From Eledone cirrhosa (lineage: Eukaryota), in NCBI GenBank assembly GCA_964016885.1, contig OZ024745.1, positions 123,566,001 through 123,630,000 of the forward strand: a DNA stretch of 64,000 bases. Direction: 5' to 3'. Shown piece after piece: positions 1-14,081 of the stretch (the first letter of the stretch is position 1; the number at the start of each line of letters is the position of its first letter). The notes beneath the pieces were generated by a model. The model worked only from the letters and a program-made list of their open reading frames with translations. It was not told where the DNA came from and did no database searches. Both the position numbers and the translations under genes were made by a program.

Positions 1-395
1 ATATATATATTATTATATATACATATATACATACACAGCCCCACACAACAGAGTTTCACACATACAAAAAACAAAAATGCATCTACACACCTCCCTACAT
101 ACTGCTACTCTATTCTCTACTTATGTTTCCTGTTTGGTTGGTTAATTTATCAGTTCAGTTCTGTTTGCTTGAAAGCCCAAGCATAGAGTAAGTGCTTTCC
201 TTGGCTATCAAATAATGACAGATGAGACTTCATGATCACAGCTGTGGCTATAAAATCAGAATAATACTATTTTGTCAAAATGATTTTTTGTTTGTCTTAT
301 ATATAAAGAATTTATATAGAAACTTTAGTTTAATATTGCATCCTAACCATTTTCAATAGTTTTTCTGTGTTGATATCATTTACAAGCACACACAT

Positions 396-397
<2 letters not shown>

Positions 398-454
<57 letters not shown>

Positions 455-558
455 CTCTCTCTCTATATATATATATATATAATCATCATTTAACGTCCAT
501 ATATATGTATGTATATACACATTCACACACACACATATATGTATACACATACATATGC

Positions 559-600
<42 letters not shown>

Positions 601-860
601 AATATACATATATATATATGTATATATATGTATGTATATATATATATGTGTATGTATGTATGTATATATATATATGTATGTATATATGTATGTGTATATA
701 TATATATGTATGTGTATATATATATGTATGTGTATATATATATGTATATATATATATGTATATGTATATATATATATCATCATCATCATCATTTAATGTC
801 CATATATATATACACACATATATTCACATACATATGCCTACTCTCTCTCTCTTACACACA
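398..860. repeat. Compound microsatellite (CT)n/(TA)n/(TATG)n with an internal ~300-bp duplication
   Basis: Direct runs; the motifs catcatttaaygtccatatatat and cacatacatatgcctactctctc each occur twice (~481-570 and ~786-850). Confidence 0.9.
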
Positions 861-1149
861 CATCCTATATACAATGTAGTAAATAGATTGTTACAGTTCA
901 TACAACTGTATTTATATATCTCTATATATTGTTTTGCAATAAATTCTTGTTGAATTCCAATGCTCTACATTAATGAATGGATTGCATAAGCTTGAACTGG
1001 AACACTTATCTGCTCCACTTTTAGTTGCGTTTGGGATTCTTTGAATTGCCTGTATTTTTGTATTCATTACTTGATGTATTTACCTGGAAAGCTTTGATTG
1101 AGTGAGGAAGCAAGCACAAACCTTTTCACCCTACTACCCCTATAAACAT

Positions 1150-1310
1150 CACATTTTACATCTAACATGATATTGAATCTATGAGATTTTGATATTATTT
1201 ATTTTGAGAACAATACCATGACATCAGTATGATTGGCTTGTTACAGCCAGTTTGAACAGAAAGAGGTGAGAGAATTCTGGCCAGATATGGCTGGTTTAAA
1301 TACTGAAGGG
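1150..1310 (+). mobile_element. TTAA piggyBac-like MITE family 1, left-truncated copy
   Basis: Shares the internal sequence (gagattttgatattatttattttgagaacaatacc...gagaattctggccagatatgg) and right end aaggg-TTAA with full copies. Confidence 0.8.
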
Positions 1311-1509
1311 TTAAGGATAACCAACAACAACAAAAATGATATTCCCATTCACCCTCTTTACTTCTCTTCTTCCAATCACAAGCAGCTCTGCTGCCATCGC
1401 CACCACCAATACCACCACCACCAATACCACCACCACCACTACCACTACCACCATTACTACTACGTCTCTTACGCATTACTGAAAGAATAACTTTTATTCT
1501 TGGACACTT

Positions 1510-2207
1510 GATGGCTGAATAGTTAAGAAGTTTACATTTTAATGATGTGGTTCTGGGTTTGATTCTACTGCATTGTATTATGGGCAGCTGTCTGTTGCCA
1601 CAGCTTTTGTTCAACCCAAGTCTATGGCAACAGTCTCTGGCCATACCCTCGAGTTAACCCAAGTCTATGGCAACAGTCTCTGGCCATACCCTCGGGTTAA
1701 CCCAAGTCTATGGCAACAGTCTCTGGCCATACCCTCGAGTTAACCCAAGTCTATGGCAACAGTCTCTGGCCATACCCTCGAGTTAACCCAAGTCTATGGC
1801 AACAGTCTCTGGCCATACCCTCGGGTTAACCCAAGTCTATGGCAACAGTCTCTGGCCATACCCTCGAGTTAACCCAAGTCTATGGCAACAGTCTCTGGCA
1901 ACAGTCTCTGGCAACAGTCTCTGGCCATACCCTCGAGTTAACCCAAGTTTATGGCAACAGCCTCTGGCCATACCCTCGAGTTAACCCAAATCTATGGCAA
2001 CAGTCTCTGGCCATACCCTCGGGTTAACCCAAGTCTATGGCAACAGTCTCTGGCCATACCCTCGGGTTAACCCAAGTTTATGGCAACAGTCTCTGGCCAT
2101 ACCCTCGGGTTAACCCGAATATATGGCAGCCATCTCTGGTTATAGCCTTGGGTTAACCCTAACCATGTGTGTGGAATTGGGTAGATGGAAACTGTTTGAA
2201 GTCCATC
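1510..2207 (+). mobile_element. tRNA-derived SINE family C interrupted by a 43-bp minisatellite
   Basis: Head atggctgaatagttaagaag and tail tatagccttggg...gtagatggaaactg resemble copies at 4077-4225 and 25140-25275. Confidence 0.6.
1612..2160. repeat. 43-bp tandem minisatellite, ~12 copies
   Basis: Unit tctatggcaacagtctctggccataccctcg(a/g)gttaacccaag at 1621, 1664, 1707, 1750 and onward; one unit carries a 13-bp internal triplication. Confidence 0.95.
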
Positions 2208-3146
2208 AGATGGGCAATCTGTAATTCCATTGACCAGCATTGTTATATTGTCAGGCTGAATCTCCTTGAGAACTATTTTAAAGGTATACATGTTTGAGGA
2301 ATGCTTAGCCACTTACACATTAACAAGTAAGGTGTTTTCTTCCTCATACAACTGGAACAACTTTTGTTGAAATCAATAGAGATCCATTTACCAATCATAT
2401 ATTTTGTTTGGATTTTAACTTTGACATCATCATCAACATTAGCACCAATTAATGTCAATTAATTTTCCAGGCTTGCATGGGTTTGATGGGCTGTAATATT
2501 TTGAGGCTAGACAGGTCAGGTGACCGCATTTTGCTTGTACATTCTGTTTTTGGCTTGGTTTCTCTGGTTGGATGTCCTTTGTAATGTCAACCTATTAATA
2601 AAATTTAAAATAAAGTTTTGCAATATGAAAATAAAAATAAAGCCTGGCCTTATTTACATTAAAGGTTGATGTTTCTCAAAGTGGCAATTGGGAAGAATGC
2701 TTTGTGATATTTTTCCCAACTCTTTATTCTCTGAGTTCAAATTCCACTACACTTCGAGGTCACTAAACCAAGCACCAGTCAATTGTTAAATTGTTGGACA
2801 GGATACTGTGCCTGGCAATATCTATTCCAGCTTTGTGCATTCTAGGTTCAAATCCTACCTCCTGTCACTGAAAAAGCAGTCATGCTTTTGCCAGGAGTTG
2901 TAACCAACAGATAACAGATAGTGTAAGCTAGAGGTTCTTAAACTTCTGGGGTCACCACTCCCCTCACAGCCATGTATTCCCCCAGCACCCGCCTCCCCAA
3001 CCCTATTTCCAGAGACCTGCTTACATTGTAAATAATATGTAAATAATATGTAAATAAAATCATAAATTTATATATAATTAATAATATAATATATACTTTG
3101 TATACATAAATATTATATATTTTTTATTTTACTATATTTATATATA

Positions 3147-3526
3147 CCGTATTTGCCGGCACCGAAGACGCTTCGTCCTCGAGGACACACCCTAATTTTG
3201 ACGAACCAAAATTGAAAAGAAATAATTGTTTCTATTTTTGGCACCAGGCCAGTAATTATCTCGGTGCATTACTGGTGCTTTTGCTTTATTTTATCAACCC
3301 CGTAAGGATGAAAGGCAAAGTTAACCTCGGCGGGATTTAAACTCAGACCGCAAAGGGCCGTAACTCTGTGCTACAAAGCATGGCGCCCGACCCTCTACTG
3401 ATAATGCCAATCCAAAAATAATAAACGGCCTTCGACCTCCATGGTAGATTTTTGAGAGCTTCGCATGGTAGATTTTTGAGACTTATTTTAGGAAAAAAGT
3501 AGCATCTTCAATGCCGGGAAATACGG
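3147..3526. mobile_element. Tc2/pogo-type MITE
   Basis: TIRs ccgtatttgccggcaccgaagacgc / gcatcttcaatgccgggaaatacgg; TA TSD on both sides. Confidence 0.8.
3224..3413 (-). mobile_element. tRNA-derived SINE family A
   Basis: Reverse complement matches 18010-18197 (gagtt.aaatcccgccgagg, ctttgcctttcatccttacgggg). Confidence 0.85.
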
Positions 3527-4076
3527 TAATATGTATCATTTGATATTTAATATACCATTATATCATCTCTACTGTTCTTCCAACGCCCCTGGACCTTCTC
3601 AATGCCCCCCTAATGGGGAGGGGTAGCACCTACTTTGAGAACCTCTCATATAAGCAATAAAATAACCAACAGAGACAGCTTTCTTTGTTTGACGTCTTTC
3701 CATTTTTACAAATATGACCTGAAATTTTACATGCTATATCAAATCATACGACCATAAAACAACACAATTAATAATAATTATAAGATGTTATTATCTTAAA
3801 TTGGAATTATGAGATGGTTTATTATATCAATGAAGGTTTAACAATATGAGTCTTTATCAAGGGAAATGGAATAAAGCAAAATGTAATTAAGTCAGTGAAT
3901 TTCCTTTTCTTTGATTTGCTAAACTAAGTATAGTCTGTATCGCCAATCTTTGTAAAGACTAGCTTTAGCCGATTAAATGTCTGAGATTAGTTGTTGTTAA
4001 TGCGATTATAGTTTTGGAGACTATTAACCTCATCTTTGGAGATGAAATATTTTTCAATATTTACAGTTCTGTAAGC

Positions 4077-4225
4077 ACAGGAATGGATGTGTGAAGGAGT
4101 TTATTTTACAATCATAGGTTTTTGTGTTCAGTCCCACTGCAAAGCATCTTGACCATGTGACTTCCACTATGGCTTCAGACTGACCAACACCTTAGGACTA
4201 CAGATGGAAACTGTAGAAGCCTGTT
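4077..4225 (+). mobile_element. SINE family C, degenerate
   Basis: gttcagtcccactgc B-box-like segment and tail cagatggaaactgtagaagcc. Confidence 0.6.
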
Positions 4226-4327
4226 GTGGGTTTTTATATATACTATATATATGTTTACATGCCTACAACTTATACATCTGTATATATATTTATACATGTT
4301 GGTGAAGTCTTGCTTACACAGTCTGTA

Positions 4328-4358
<31 letters not shown>

Positions 4359-4629
4359 GAAGTATTTCCGTAGGAAGGGTAAAGGAAAGGAGAGAGCTCT
4401 ATGTATGCTACAGAGCTATTTGATTATGTAATAAATAACATAAGACAATTATTCCATTTACCAGAGGTTTCACAAAGACAGACAAACTCAACAGGGACAC
4501 CTGAAATTGCTCATCAGAATCATCATTTAACATGGACGTCCATATTAAATTTTCATTCTGTTGAGCTTGTCTGTCTTCTTGAAACCTCTGGTAAATGGAA
4601 TAATTGTCTTATGTTGTTTATTACATAGG

Positions 4630-4917
4630 CAGGTCAATATGTGGACAGAGACTCAGATTTGCTGGCCACTGTTGGCGCAGCAAGGAAGAAATAGCAGGTG
4701 ATGTGTTGTTATGGAGTCCATCTCATGGAGCAAGAAACGCTGGTCGTCCCAAGAAGACATACGTCAAGCAACTTGAGGACGATACTGGATGCACTGCGGA
4801 AGAATTGGCAAACGCTATGAGAGACAGAGATGGATGGAGGAAACGTGTCGTAGAAAGCCGAGCAAGCTCAATCTAATGATGATGAGGGTGAAGCGGACGT
4901 AAAATGATGATGATGAT
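4630..4917 (+). mobile_element. RTE-clade LINE 3' end, 5'-truncated
   Basis: Peptide RLRFAGHCWR...GRPKKTYVKQLEDDTG...DRDGWRKRV typical of RTE C-termini, then a (GAT)n tail. Confidence 0.85.
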
Positions 4918-4977
4918 ATATATATTATATATATATATACATATATATATATACATATATACATATATATATACATA

Positions 4978-5435
4978 CAGTAGAACTTCACAGTACGAGT
5001 ACCCCATTGCATGAGTAATTTGCTGTACGAGCTGAGGCGCGTGCGAACGTTTGTCGTGTAGTATGAGTGGAAATCCACAGTACGAGCGAGTGTCATACAA
5101 TCGACCGCTAGTCGGTGCTGATCTTGCACATGCTCTCCCAACAAGTGCAGCATCCGCTCGCTCAGTTCACATGTTTATCTTGTTGTGCCAGCATCCCTAT
5201 TGTGTTTTCCCAGTGTTTTTTTTCTTTTTTTACTTTTGTGCATTTTTTGCTATCATTTTATACTAATTAGTTGAAGAAAACCCATAAAAATTGAGTTTTG
5301 GGTGGTTTTGTGGGCCTGGAATGGATTATTTATATTTTAATTAATTTCAATATGGAAAATTAATTTGTAAAATGTGTAATTCGTAAAAGGAGCTCAGTCA
5401 TGGAACGAATTAAACTCGTATGCGAGGTATCACTT
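4978..5435. mobile_element. Tigger/pogo-like MITE
   Basis: TA-cagtagaacttcacagtacgagt ... actcgtatgcgaggtatcactt-TA imperfect TIRs. Confidence 0.65.
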
Positions 5436-6090
5436 TATATAAAACATTGCCTTACCATCTGCTCTCCCTTTGTTTGGCAAACTTTCTATATACATATATA
5501 TACGAAATCACTGGATATCGATCTAAAACATTATTATTATTATTATTTATTTTATATTTTCATTGTTAAATTGGTTTTGCCATTGTGCACTTTTACTTGA
5601 GCTTATTGTAAACCCCCACTGTCTGTCTCTTTGTATTGTCCCCTACATGTTGGTCCTAGTGGCCAACACATGACATCAACATTATTATTATTATCATATA
5701 TATAGTTGAAGAAATAACACTAACACAGGGATGCAAAAACACAAAGTCTTATTAGTATCACGTTTAGGGGGATGTAGAGGAGCGCTCAGGAAATGGAGAG
5801 TTCAGAGAGAGAGAACAATTAAGAAACATCAGGGTTTTGAAACAGTTGTTGAGAAGGCTGGGGGTGGTAGGTGAATAGTCCAGCATTTAGGAGTGGTGGC
5901 TGTGGTGGAGTGTCTATGTGTGTCATGGGTGTTGTGTGTATGTGTGCTGATGGGGGTGTATTAATGCTTGAGTGTGTGTGTGTGTGTGTGTGTGTGTGCG
6001 TACACGTGTGTGTCTCTGAGACTTACATTATTGGAATATGTGCATTAATGTGTGTCTGTGAATTCTTTGTTTTTTTTGTGTATGTATGTA

Positions 6091-6147
<57 letters not shown>

Positions 6148-6194
6148 ATTTTTGTGTAGTTTTTTTTTGTGTGTGTTTGAGTATTTGCATATAT

Positions 6195-6547
6195 CTGAAT
6201 GTTTGTGTATGAGTGCGTCAATATGGGTGAATAACCAAGCATGGATGAATTGAGAGTGAGATTGTTTATAAGAGGAATAAATTGTAGTGTGCAGGAGAGA
6301 AGACTGCATTGGTATGGCCATATGATGCACATGGTGGATGACCGCTGGGTGAAGAAGTGTCATATAATGTAATCCCAGTGGAAGAAAGATGCAGTAGAGG
6401 AAGACCATGGAAAATGGGCGGAGGTAGTGAGAGCTGACCTCAGATTGCTGAAGCTAACAGAGATGATGAAGGACCATGGCAAATGGAGAGATGCTGTGCT
6501 GAAGAGGACTCGTCCCACTCTTGCAAGCAGGTAAAAGCGGCAATAAA

Positions 6548-6590
<43 letters not shown>
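6195..6590 (+). mobile_element. RTE LINE 3' end, degenerate
   Basis: Homologous to 39050-39408 (WYGH motif, RGRP, cgtcccactcttgcaagcagg, (GAT)n tail). Confidence 0.85.
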
Positions 6591-6591
<1 letters not shown>

Positions 6592-7510
6592 ATGTATATG
6601 TTTATGACTGTGATGTGACTTTTTTGTATTGTTTCTATGTGCATGTATCCGTGTGTGTGTGTGTGTGTATTTCACATGTGAAAGGGTTCATTTGTCAAAA
6701 TTCTTTTGTGTTCTATCTGTGTATGCATGTGTACATAAGTCTGTATGTTTATGTGGGTATGTCTGTGTAAGCATGTATGTGTATATGCGAATATACACAT
6801 GTAGTCCGAAAAATATCCTTATCAAATATTTTGATTTTCTCTTAATTCTTGAGTAATGAAGTCTCATCCACTGTGTACTAAAAAATCCATCTTCATGTTC
6901 TGCTCACTCAGAGACTTGTGATCATTATTGTTAAACATCCTATACTGATTGAGGAGAAAATAGCTTTAAAAAATATGTATATTAATTTTGAAATATTTAT
7001 AGAATCCTTACTAGTTGACAGATTTGTAGGAGAAGTAAAGACTTAAATTTTTAATATGATGTAGTCATAGTGCTGGTTTGAACTTTTCATGAATATCTTG
7101 CTAATGTGGTTTGATGCGGTACAAGGTGTTAAGGTTTAATCACACACACACCTACACACACACCTAAATGTACCTCTGTCAATTTCAATGATGAGTGTCC
7201 AATTGTCCAATAAACTGAACAGTGTGCTCAGGAAATTAGTTTTCATATGGCTTAGCATTTCACAGGCATGCTAACTTTTAATGTAATTCTCAGGGAAATT
7301 CAGTGTGACAAGGCTGGGTTTTTGAATCAACAGGTATGTAGCATAGAATGGTTTGTTTTTTAAGCAGTTCTACCACTTACAATGCTTGGCTCAACCTGAG
7401 TCTATGATAAATGACACTTGAGCAAGATGCCATTCAGTGGGATCAAACCAGGGACCTAATGATTGTAAAGTAAATTTCTGAACCATTTGAGCACACGTGC
7501 ATGTACACAT

Positions 7511-7770
7511 GTGAAGGCACGTGGCCTAGTGGTAAGGGTGTTGGACTTACTATCGTAATGCTGTGGGTTCAATTCCTGGGCTGGGTTGCATGTTGTGTTC
7601 TTGAGCAAAACACTTCATTTCATGTTGCTCCAGTATACTCAGCTGAAAATGAGTACCAGCAATAGCTGGGAGTTTAACCCTATGATGGACTGGTGACCTG
7701 TCGAGGGGGCAGTCTTGTACTCTCAGTCACTTCACACTATGGAACCGGGATAAGCAATGGCTCAATGTGC
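7511..7770 (+). mobile_element. SINE family B head with tail type 2
   Basis: A box tggcctagtggtaa, B box ggttcaattcc, CORE-like gtgttcttgagcaaaacac, tail gatggactgg...ggaaccgggataagc. Confidence 0.8.
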
Positions 7771-9279
7771 TGCTTGCAGTGCACAAGGGCATGTGTGCAT
7801 GTGCACACTCCCACACATGCATACACATGTACGTGCCAGCCAGCTGATAGGCAAAAAGTTCACTGAATACCAGGGTCCAACTGCTAGAATACAGCTCCCA
7901 GACACAGTTTCTTCTCTTCGTTCTCTTCTCTCTAACAAACTAGCAAGCTGTGTTCTACAGCCAACTCCGTCTACATGACACACTCACCTCATCGTTTTAT
8001 AGTCTACGATTGCCCACACTAAAGATTTTCACCCAATCTTCTCTCTTAGCCAGAATTGCATGTTTTTTTTTTCATATTATCAACCAATAGAAGTTCAATC
8101 TCAACATCAACTCAATCATTTTCACCATTGATAAAAAATCTATGTAGGTCATAAACACTGACCCCTACCCCTTTACATACACATTAGACTAATTAATAAT
8201 TAAAGAAAAATACACTTTATAATCTTGATCTTATCATCTTTCTCGTCTCATCTGGAATAATCTTAAACAATTTTGTTACAGTATTTGTTTTTCTTTTCTC
8301 CACCTAATTAGATTACACCATGGTTTGCTAAAGATATTCTATATCGGCAGCTGAAGTTACAGCATTTTCTTTGAGTGAATATGTCATTCATAATTTCATC
8401 TGCATATCAGATACTTTGAGCATTTTGTCGTAGTTATTGTGGTTGTTGAATATTGTGTGTATGTGTGTATTCATTCACCTGCCTGTGTTTTGTATCTCTT
8501 ACCCTCCTCATCACTATCATCAATAATATCTTTACCATTATCATCATATTCATCATCATCATCACTTACACACCCCTCTTGTCATTCAAACTTTGTTGCC
8601 TTTTGTGTCAAAATACAACATTTAACCACTCGTATGTTCACATGAGCGAAAAGTCCATTCTGTAGTGATTCTCATAGCAAAAGGGTTTTTAAGTGACAAG
8701 GCTTTTGACTGGTTCACATGTGCAGGCTGGAAATCTCCATTAATGATTTATGGAACAAAGAATCTAGATAGGCGAGCCTGCATTCATGATCGGAAATGCT
8801 TGCGATAGAGAAATCCTTATCATTAACTGTGTTATTTTTATATACATCTTGTTGGCTGTTTATTGTATTTTCGTGTTGTATTTTCAATGCAGTTGGTCAT
8901 GCAACTATTTATGCCATGATAGATTCTGCTTTTACCTCTTCCACTTCATTGATCCTGTTTCATTTTACTCTTTGCATTTTTTAAAATCTTGAATTGTTTT
9001 TTTTCTTGCCAAACTATACATTATGAATTTTGTAAGCTCTTCTAAAATATCACCGGTTTATCCAGCAATAGTGCAGCGTGCATGTTTCTCTTTCTCTGCT
9101 TTGTTTAGAATTTTTTATATGTGTTACTGGTTGCTTATATACTGCAGTGTTTGCTCCATTGTTCTAGTCTTTCTCTCATGTCACACAGCATTTTCTGACA
9201 CATCTAGATCCCTTACATTTATTCTATTATCAGCTTGACTTCCAACATGAGATATATCACTCCCAGTTAGCAGTATTAA

Positions 9280-9953
9280 CTCTTTTGATACCAACCCAGC
9301 CAAAACCAGCCCCGGTTCTATGAAAAAAACCCACCCATTTTAAAAGGGTTCTATTTAAATTAAAACATTCCAACACAATTCAATGTATAAATCATTATGA
9401 AATTATTTTACAAATACTATTTTAATAATGAAATAATTTATAAATCTAGTAAATTCCTCCAAATACTTTATTAATTAAGTGACAAATAAAAAAAGGGTTA
9501 ATTTAGTTCTTTGTGAAATACTTTGAGGGAGTCTGTTTTTCAGTTAGCTACATCTGGGGTACAATAGATTTTTGTTCCTTGTCAGTCTGCTGTAGATCTC
9601 TTAACCTCTTTCTCACTAAATTTATAATGAAATACACTGCCCATGATTTTCGTTTAATTTTGAAAACAATCAAGAATTTAGAGGGATTTAGTAAAATTGC
9701 TGATGTTTTTATCATTTTTAAGCTGATATTTGAAAATGGCCAACGGTTCTATGACTCAGGGCTGTTTGTTTGAAAGTGTTCATATTTAAATTTAAACCTT
9801 CCATGATTTTATTTAAGAAAGCTATGTCTCATATACTGGCTTAAAAATGAAAAAGCTCAATATTTCACTAAATCCTCAAAATTCTAGATTATTCTCAAAA
9901 TTAATTGAAAATCATTTTCAGTTTATTTCATTAGAAATATGGTAACAAAGAGG
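9280..9953. mobile_element. Two adjacent TTAA MITEs of family 2 (9280-9497 and 9605-9953)
   Basis: Each bounded by TTAA-c(c)...gg-TTAA; the second has long imperfect inverted arms (cctctttctcactaaatttataatgaaata / tatttcattagaaatatggtaacaaagagg). Confidence 0.65.
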
Positions 9954-12900
9954 TTAAATTTCTGCTGCAGATTTTGAAATGCTGTTCAGTAAGAACCAGG
10001 CTGTTAGTATACTTGCATTCCTAGGGCAATCTATTCACAAATACATGTGTAATTATCCCAACGGCTCGAGTGACGACTACAATGCTGATAACATTTTTTG
10101 TGATTCTCATCTATTCCCTAAATGAATGAGCTAACTGACTGAGCTAACACACTGGTAATTTTTATTTCTATTTTATCATCATCACGCATGGCATAAAATT
10201 CTGACAGTAGCCATTCATAAACATCTAGGTTTCCCATTGTTCTTTACGATAACAAAAATAAATCCTTGCAAAGTAGAATACAATATAACCTTCAAAAGAC
10301 ACTCAAACTATTTTTATGCCAGATAGATGATGGCACAACCAATTTGCTAATCTATTTGATACCATGTTTTTAATAAAATACACTGTCTATAATTTTCAAA
10401 TACTTTTGAAAATAAACATTTGTAGGGACTTTGAAATCCAAATACCTTTCTCATTAGTAAGCAGGTGTTTGGAACATAACTAAGCAATATTACACAAAAT
10501 TAATATGCAAGGAATTTAGATGAATATAAAAACTTTAAAACAAAGAATGTTGTATCATAGAACCATTGGTAATTTCAAGCAGTTTTGTATCAAATGTGTT
10601 AAACAATTTATATAAACATTTATATATACATTTCTTTTTCTACAGCATCTGATACAATAAGCTTTTTCTCTAAAGGGACATTATTTCTCTTCTAAGCTAT
10701 ACAGTGTTTTGTGTCTGTATGTGTGTGCACACATACATACATGCATGTGTGTGTGTGTGTGTTTGTGATTATTATTTAACATGTAATTTGCTCACGGTAG
10801 CAAAAGCAGGATGGGTTTTGCAAATATAATTATTTCCACATTGTTAGATTCATTTTTTTAACAGTTGGATACCCAGCCTTCCAATTACTAACTAGTCATG
10901 TATGAAGTAGGATTGAAATTTATTTTCACTCAAGCACAGTGAAGTAAACTGTTATGTATGTCTCTTTCATGATTACATCACAGTTATTTCACCACCCTTT
11001 ATCATATACACATGCATACACACACCTGTATATGTAGGTTGTTGGTGTGTTTTACTTAAATTGGATTAATTGGACAAACAATGGCCCATAGCATTTCAGT
11101 TTATAAATCTAATTCTATGAAAGCATACACAATGTATATACTATAGTTGCCTGTGTATACTTTTATTCTCATACATTGAACTGTGGTCATGTTGGGAAAC
11201 CACCTTCTCACACCCATATAAAAAGATCGAAGACATCAAGGACTTGTATAATTTGAGCTTCATTGGAAAACTTGATGGAGTAGCTTTTCTATTTGACATT
11301 CAGTTTTACCATGGCAGAAGCAGCCAAATCATCATGCCCAGGGTCTACTCCTAGGTCTCCTGCCAGATGGTTTTGCCTGCCCCAAACACAGAGAGAGAGT
11401 GAGTGAGCTGTATTTTAAAATACAATAACTAACCTTTTGCAACATAGTTTTTTCGAAAAAAAAAATTGATTTCTTTTTCTGTCTTCATCTCCAAAACTCT
11501 ACATATCACGATTCAAAATAGTTCTAAGTTAATATACATAATTAGAACTTTTATTTCACTATCTTAGGTTCCCTACAATTATTATGCTGCAACTTAAAGA
11601 AAGTAAATTTATATGCACTAACATATATTCTAATCATCTTTTTAGCAACTAATAATTGAAAGTATTTCATTCTCTGAACAAGGCACTGGGCAAAGTTCTT
11701 TGAGCAGTGGGCCACATGAGATAAGACTCATCAGAAAGCTGGCTACACGACTAAAAACAATTTAAAGTAACTTTTCATTTGGTATGCAATTCAGAAAGCC
11801 AAATTGACTGCAGTTAGCTCATGACTACTTAAAACGTTCCATGTAACAAACACATGCAAAGTTGTGGAATGTAAAGTTCTTAGCAACAATTAAAATTATG
11901 AATGTTTAATGTAAGCTTTCTTTTAATTTGTTCAATATTCATATTAATTACTCTAAAAATAGTTTTATGTATGTAATTAATGCATCATTATTAATTTAAG
12001 TTTTTGATTGATTTCAGGAAATATGTTTTAAATGATATTTTCATGGAATTTATAGGTGAATTGTCAGAGTTGTTAAACCGTTGGATAGCACGCTCTGAGT
12101 TCAAATCCTGCCACGGTCAACTTTGCCTTTCATTCTTTCGTGGTAAAAGTACTGGGGTCAATTCTTCCTCTATAGAAAAAATTGACTGTGTTCAGACCTG
12201 GAGAGGGTTGTGCTCCACTAGGTTTAAAAGTGATACATACCATATTTATGGGATCTTTATCCTTATCTTACATGTAATTTGTTGAATTTATTTTTATAGA
12301 TTTCTTTTATAAACTCAAAGTATTTTCTTCCTTCTCTTTTCACACTTACTTATATTGATTCCTTAATGAATTGTGGAAAGCAAAGAAAAAAAATGTTATT
12401 AGGTAGATAGAACAACCAAACCTCTCTCTCAACTCAGTGGTAAGAAACTCTCAGGACAGCAGAAGGTCTTTAGAAAAGAAAACACCCTCAATTGAAGCAA
12501 GTGTTTCAGTCCTTAATTTTTCCTTACTGTCTTTAAAAAAAACAAAAAAAAAAAAACAGAAAGAAACATTTGACAAGGTAGTCTTGAATTCATAAAATAA
12601 GGAAAACAGAACATTCTTGGCTAATTAGAGATCCCTTTGATTATATTCTTTCTTCACAGCATTTTAAGGCCATTCGCCCTGCTAATGTAGGGAATAACTT
12701 TGCAGACAACATGAGGTTTCATAATTATCATTGTGTCCTTTCTGAGGCAATGCTTTAAAACTAGATATCCTTCCTGGGGACAAGTCTTTTAGTTACCTCC
12801 TACAACATGCTGAGGTGCTGAGGTGCTGAGGTGCAGTGTATTTATACTAAACTATATATACACAATTCAAAAATCATTGAAGCAAAATATATTTCTATAG

Positions 12901-12960
12901 TTGATGTGTCATGAGGAGTGAATAAAAATGTCAATGTTTCAGACATTAGTTGTTCCTCTT

Positions 12961-13005
12961 GAGAGAGAGATAGGTAGACAGACAGACAGACATACAGACA
13001 GGTAT

Positions 13006-13044
<39 letters not shown>

Positions 13045-13271
13045 GGTATACAGACAGATAGATAGTCATATATAGATACACAGACAGACAGACAAACAGG
13101 TATACAGACAGATAGATAGTCATATATAGATACACAGACAGACAAACAGATAGATGTATAGATAGATACACAGGCAGACAGACAGACAGACAGACAGATA
13201 GATGTATAGATAGATACACAGGCAGACAGAGAGACAGACAGACAGATGTATAGATAGATACACAGGCAGAC

Positions 13272-13322
<51 letters not shown>

Positions 13323-13407
13323 TAGATGTATAGATAGATACACAGGCAGACAGAGAGACAGACAGACAGATAGATGTATAGATAGATACACAGGCAGACA
13401 GACAGTC

Positions 13408-13446
<39 letters not shown>

Positions 13447-13489
13447 TAGACAGACAGACAGATAGATGTATGGATAGATACACAAACAC

Positions 13490-13534
<45 letters not shown>

Positions 13535-13597
13535 TATAGACAGGCAGACAGGCAGGCAAATAGATAGATAGACGGGCAGGTAGATAGATAGAGATGA
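12961..13597. repeat. (GACA)n/(GATA)n compound microsatellite with a recurring higher-order unit
   Basis: Recurrent gatagatgtatagatagatacacaggcagac block. Confidence 0.95.
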
Positions 13598-14041
13598 CAA
13601 CAACATGGAGGCCTTATGACTATGATTTCAAAATTGCAAATGAGAAGGTAAAAGCAGTGAAGGCAGGCCAGCACAAGTTTCCTTAGATGTAGTATTTTAC
13701 CATTTATTTTTAAGTAGTGTTTAAAAGTGGCGTGCTAATTGAAATCATGTGACAGTTAAAGCAGGAGGGAAAAAGTATTCAGAGAAATGAGTGTTAGAAA
13801 ATGATGTTCGTTTATCTCTTCAGCTGTATATCTCTTCTACTTCCCCCACCCCACTCCAATATAACATTCAATTTTTTTTCTGCATCACTTTTTTATGAAA
13901 ACTCTGTTTCCTGAATTGGAGTATTGGATTGGAAAAATTTCTGTTAATGGAATATTCTGGGAAAGATCTTGGTCCCTGTGCCAAATTTTGTGAGGCTTCA
14001 TCAATAAATGTTGATGTTATTTCAAGACACATTTTTGTGCA

Positions 14042-14081
<40 letters not shown>

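Larger units (their letters stand above)
2929..3647. mobile_element. hAT-like MITE hosting nested insertions
   Basis: TIRs tagaggttcttaaa / tttgagaacctctc; imperfect 8-bp TSD gtgtaagc / atataagc. Confidence 0.7.

Noticed and set aside
367-953. ORFs of 130-170 aa on both strands
   Set aside because: Translations of CT/TA/TG microsatellites; the same applies to 12842-13674, 21315-21821, 57221-57469 and most of 60355-60961
1612-2160. CRISPR-like regular repeat with internal palindromes
   Set aside because: Units are contiguous with no unique spacers, there are no cas genes, and the context is eukaryotic
7860-8200. Possible solo LTR with TATA/CCAAT-like motifs on the minus strand
   Set aside because: No TG...CA ends or TSD could be identified
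8300-9250. Possible decayed transposase on the minus strand (ITTEWTFRSCEH)
   Set aside because: Many stops and only a vague motif resemblance; needs BLASTx
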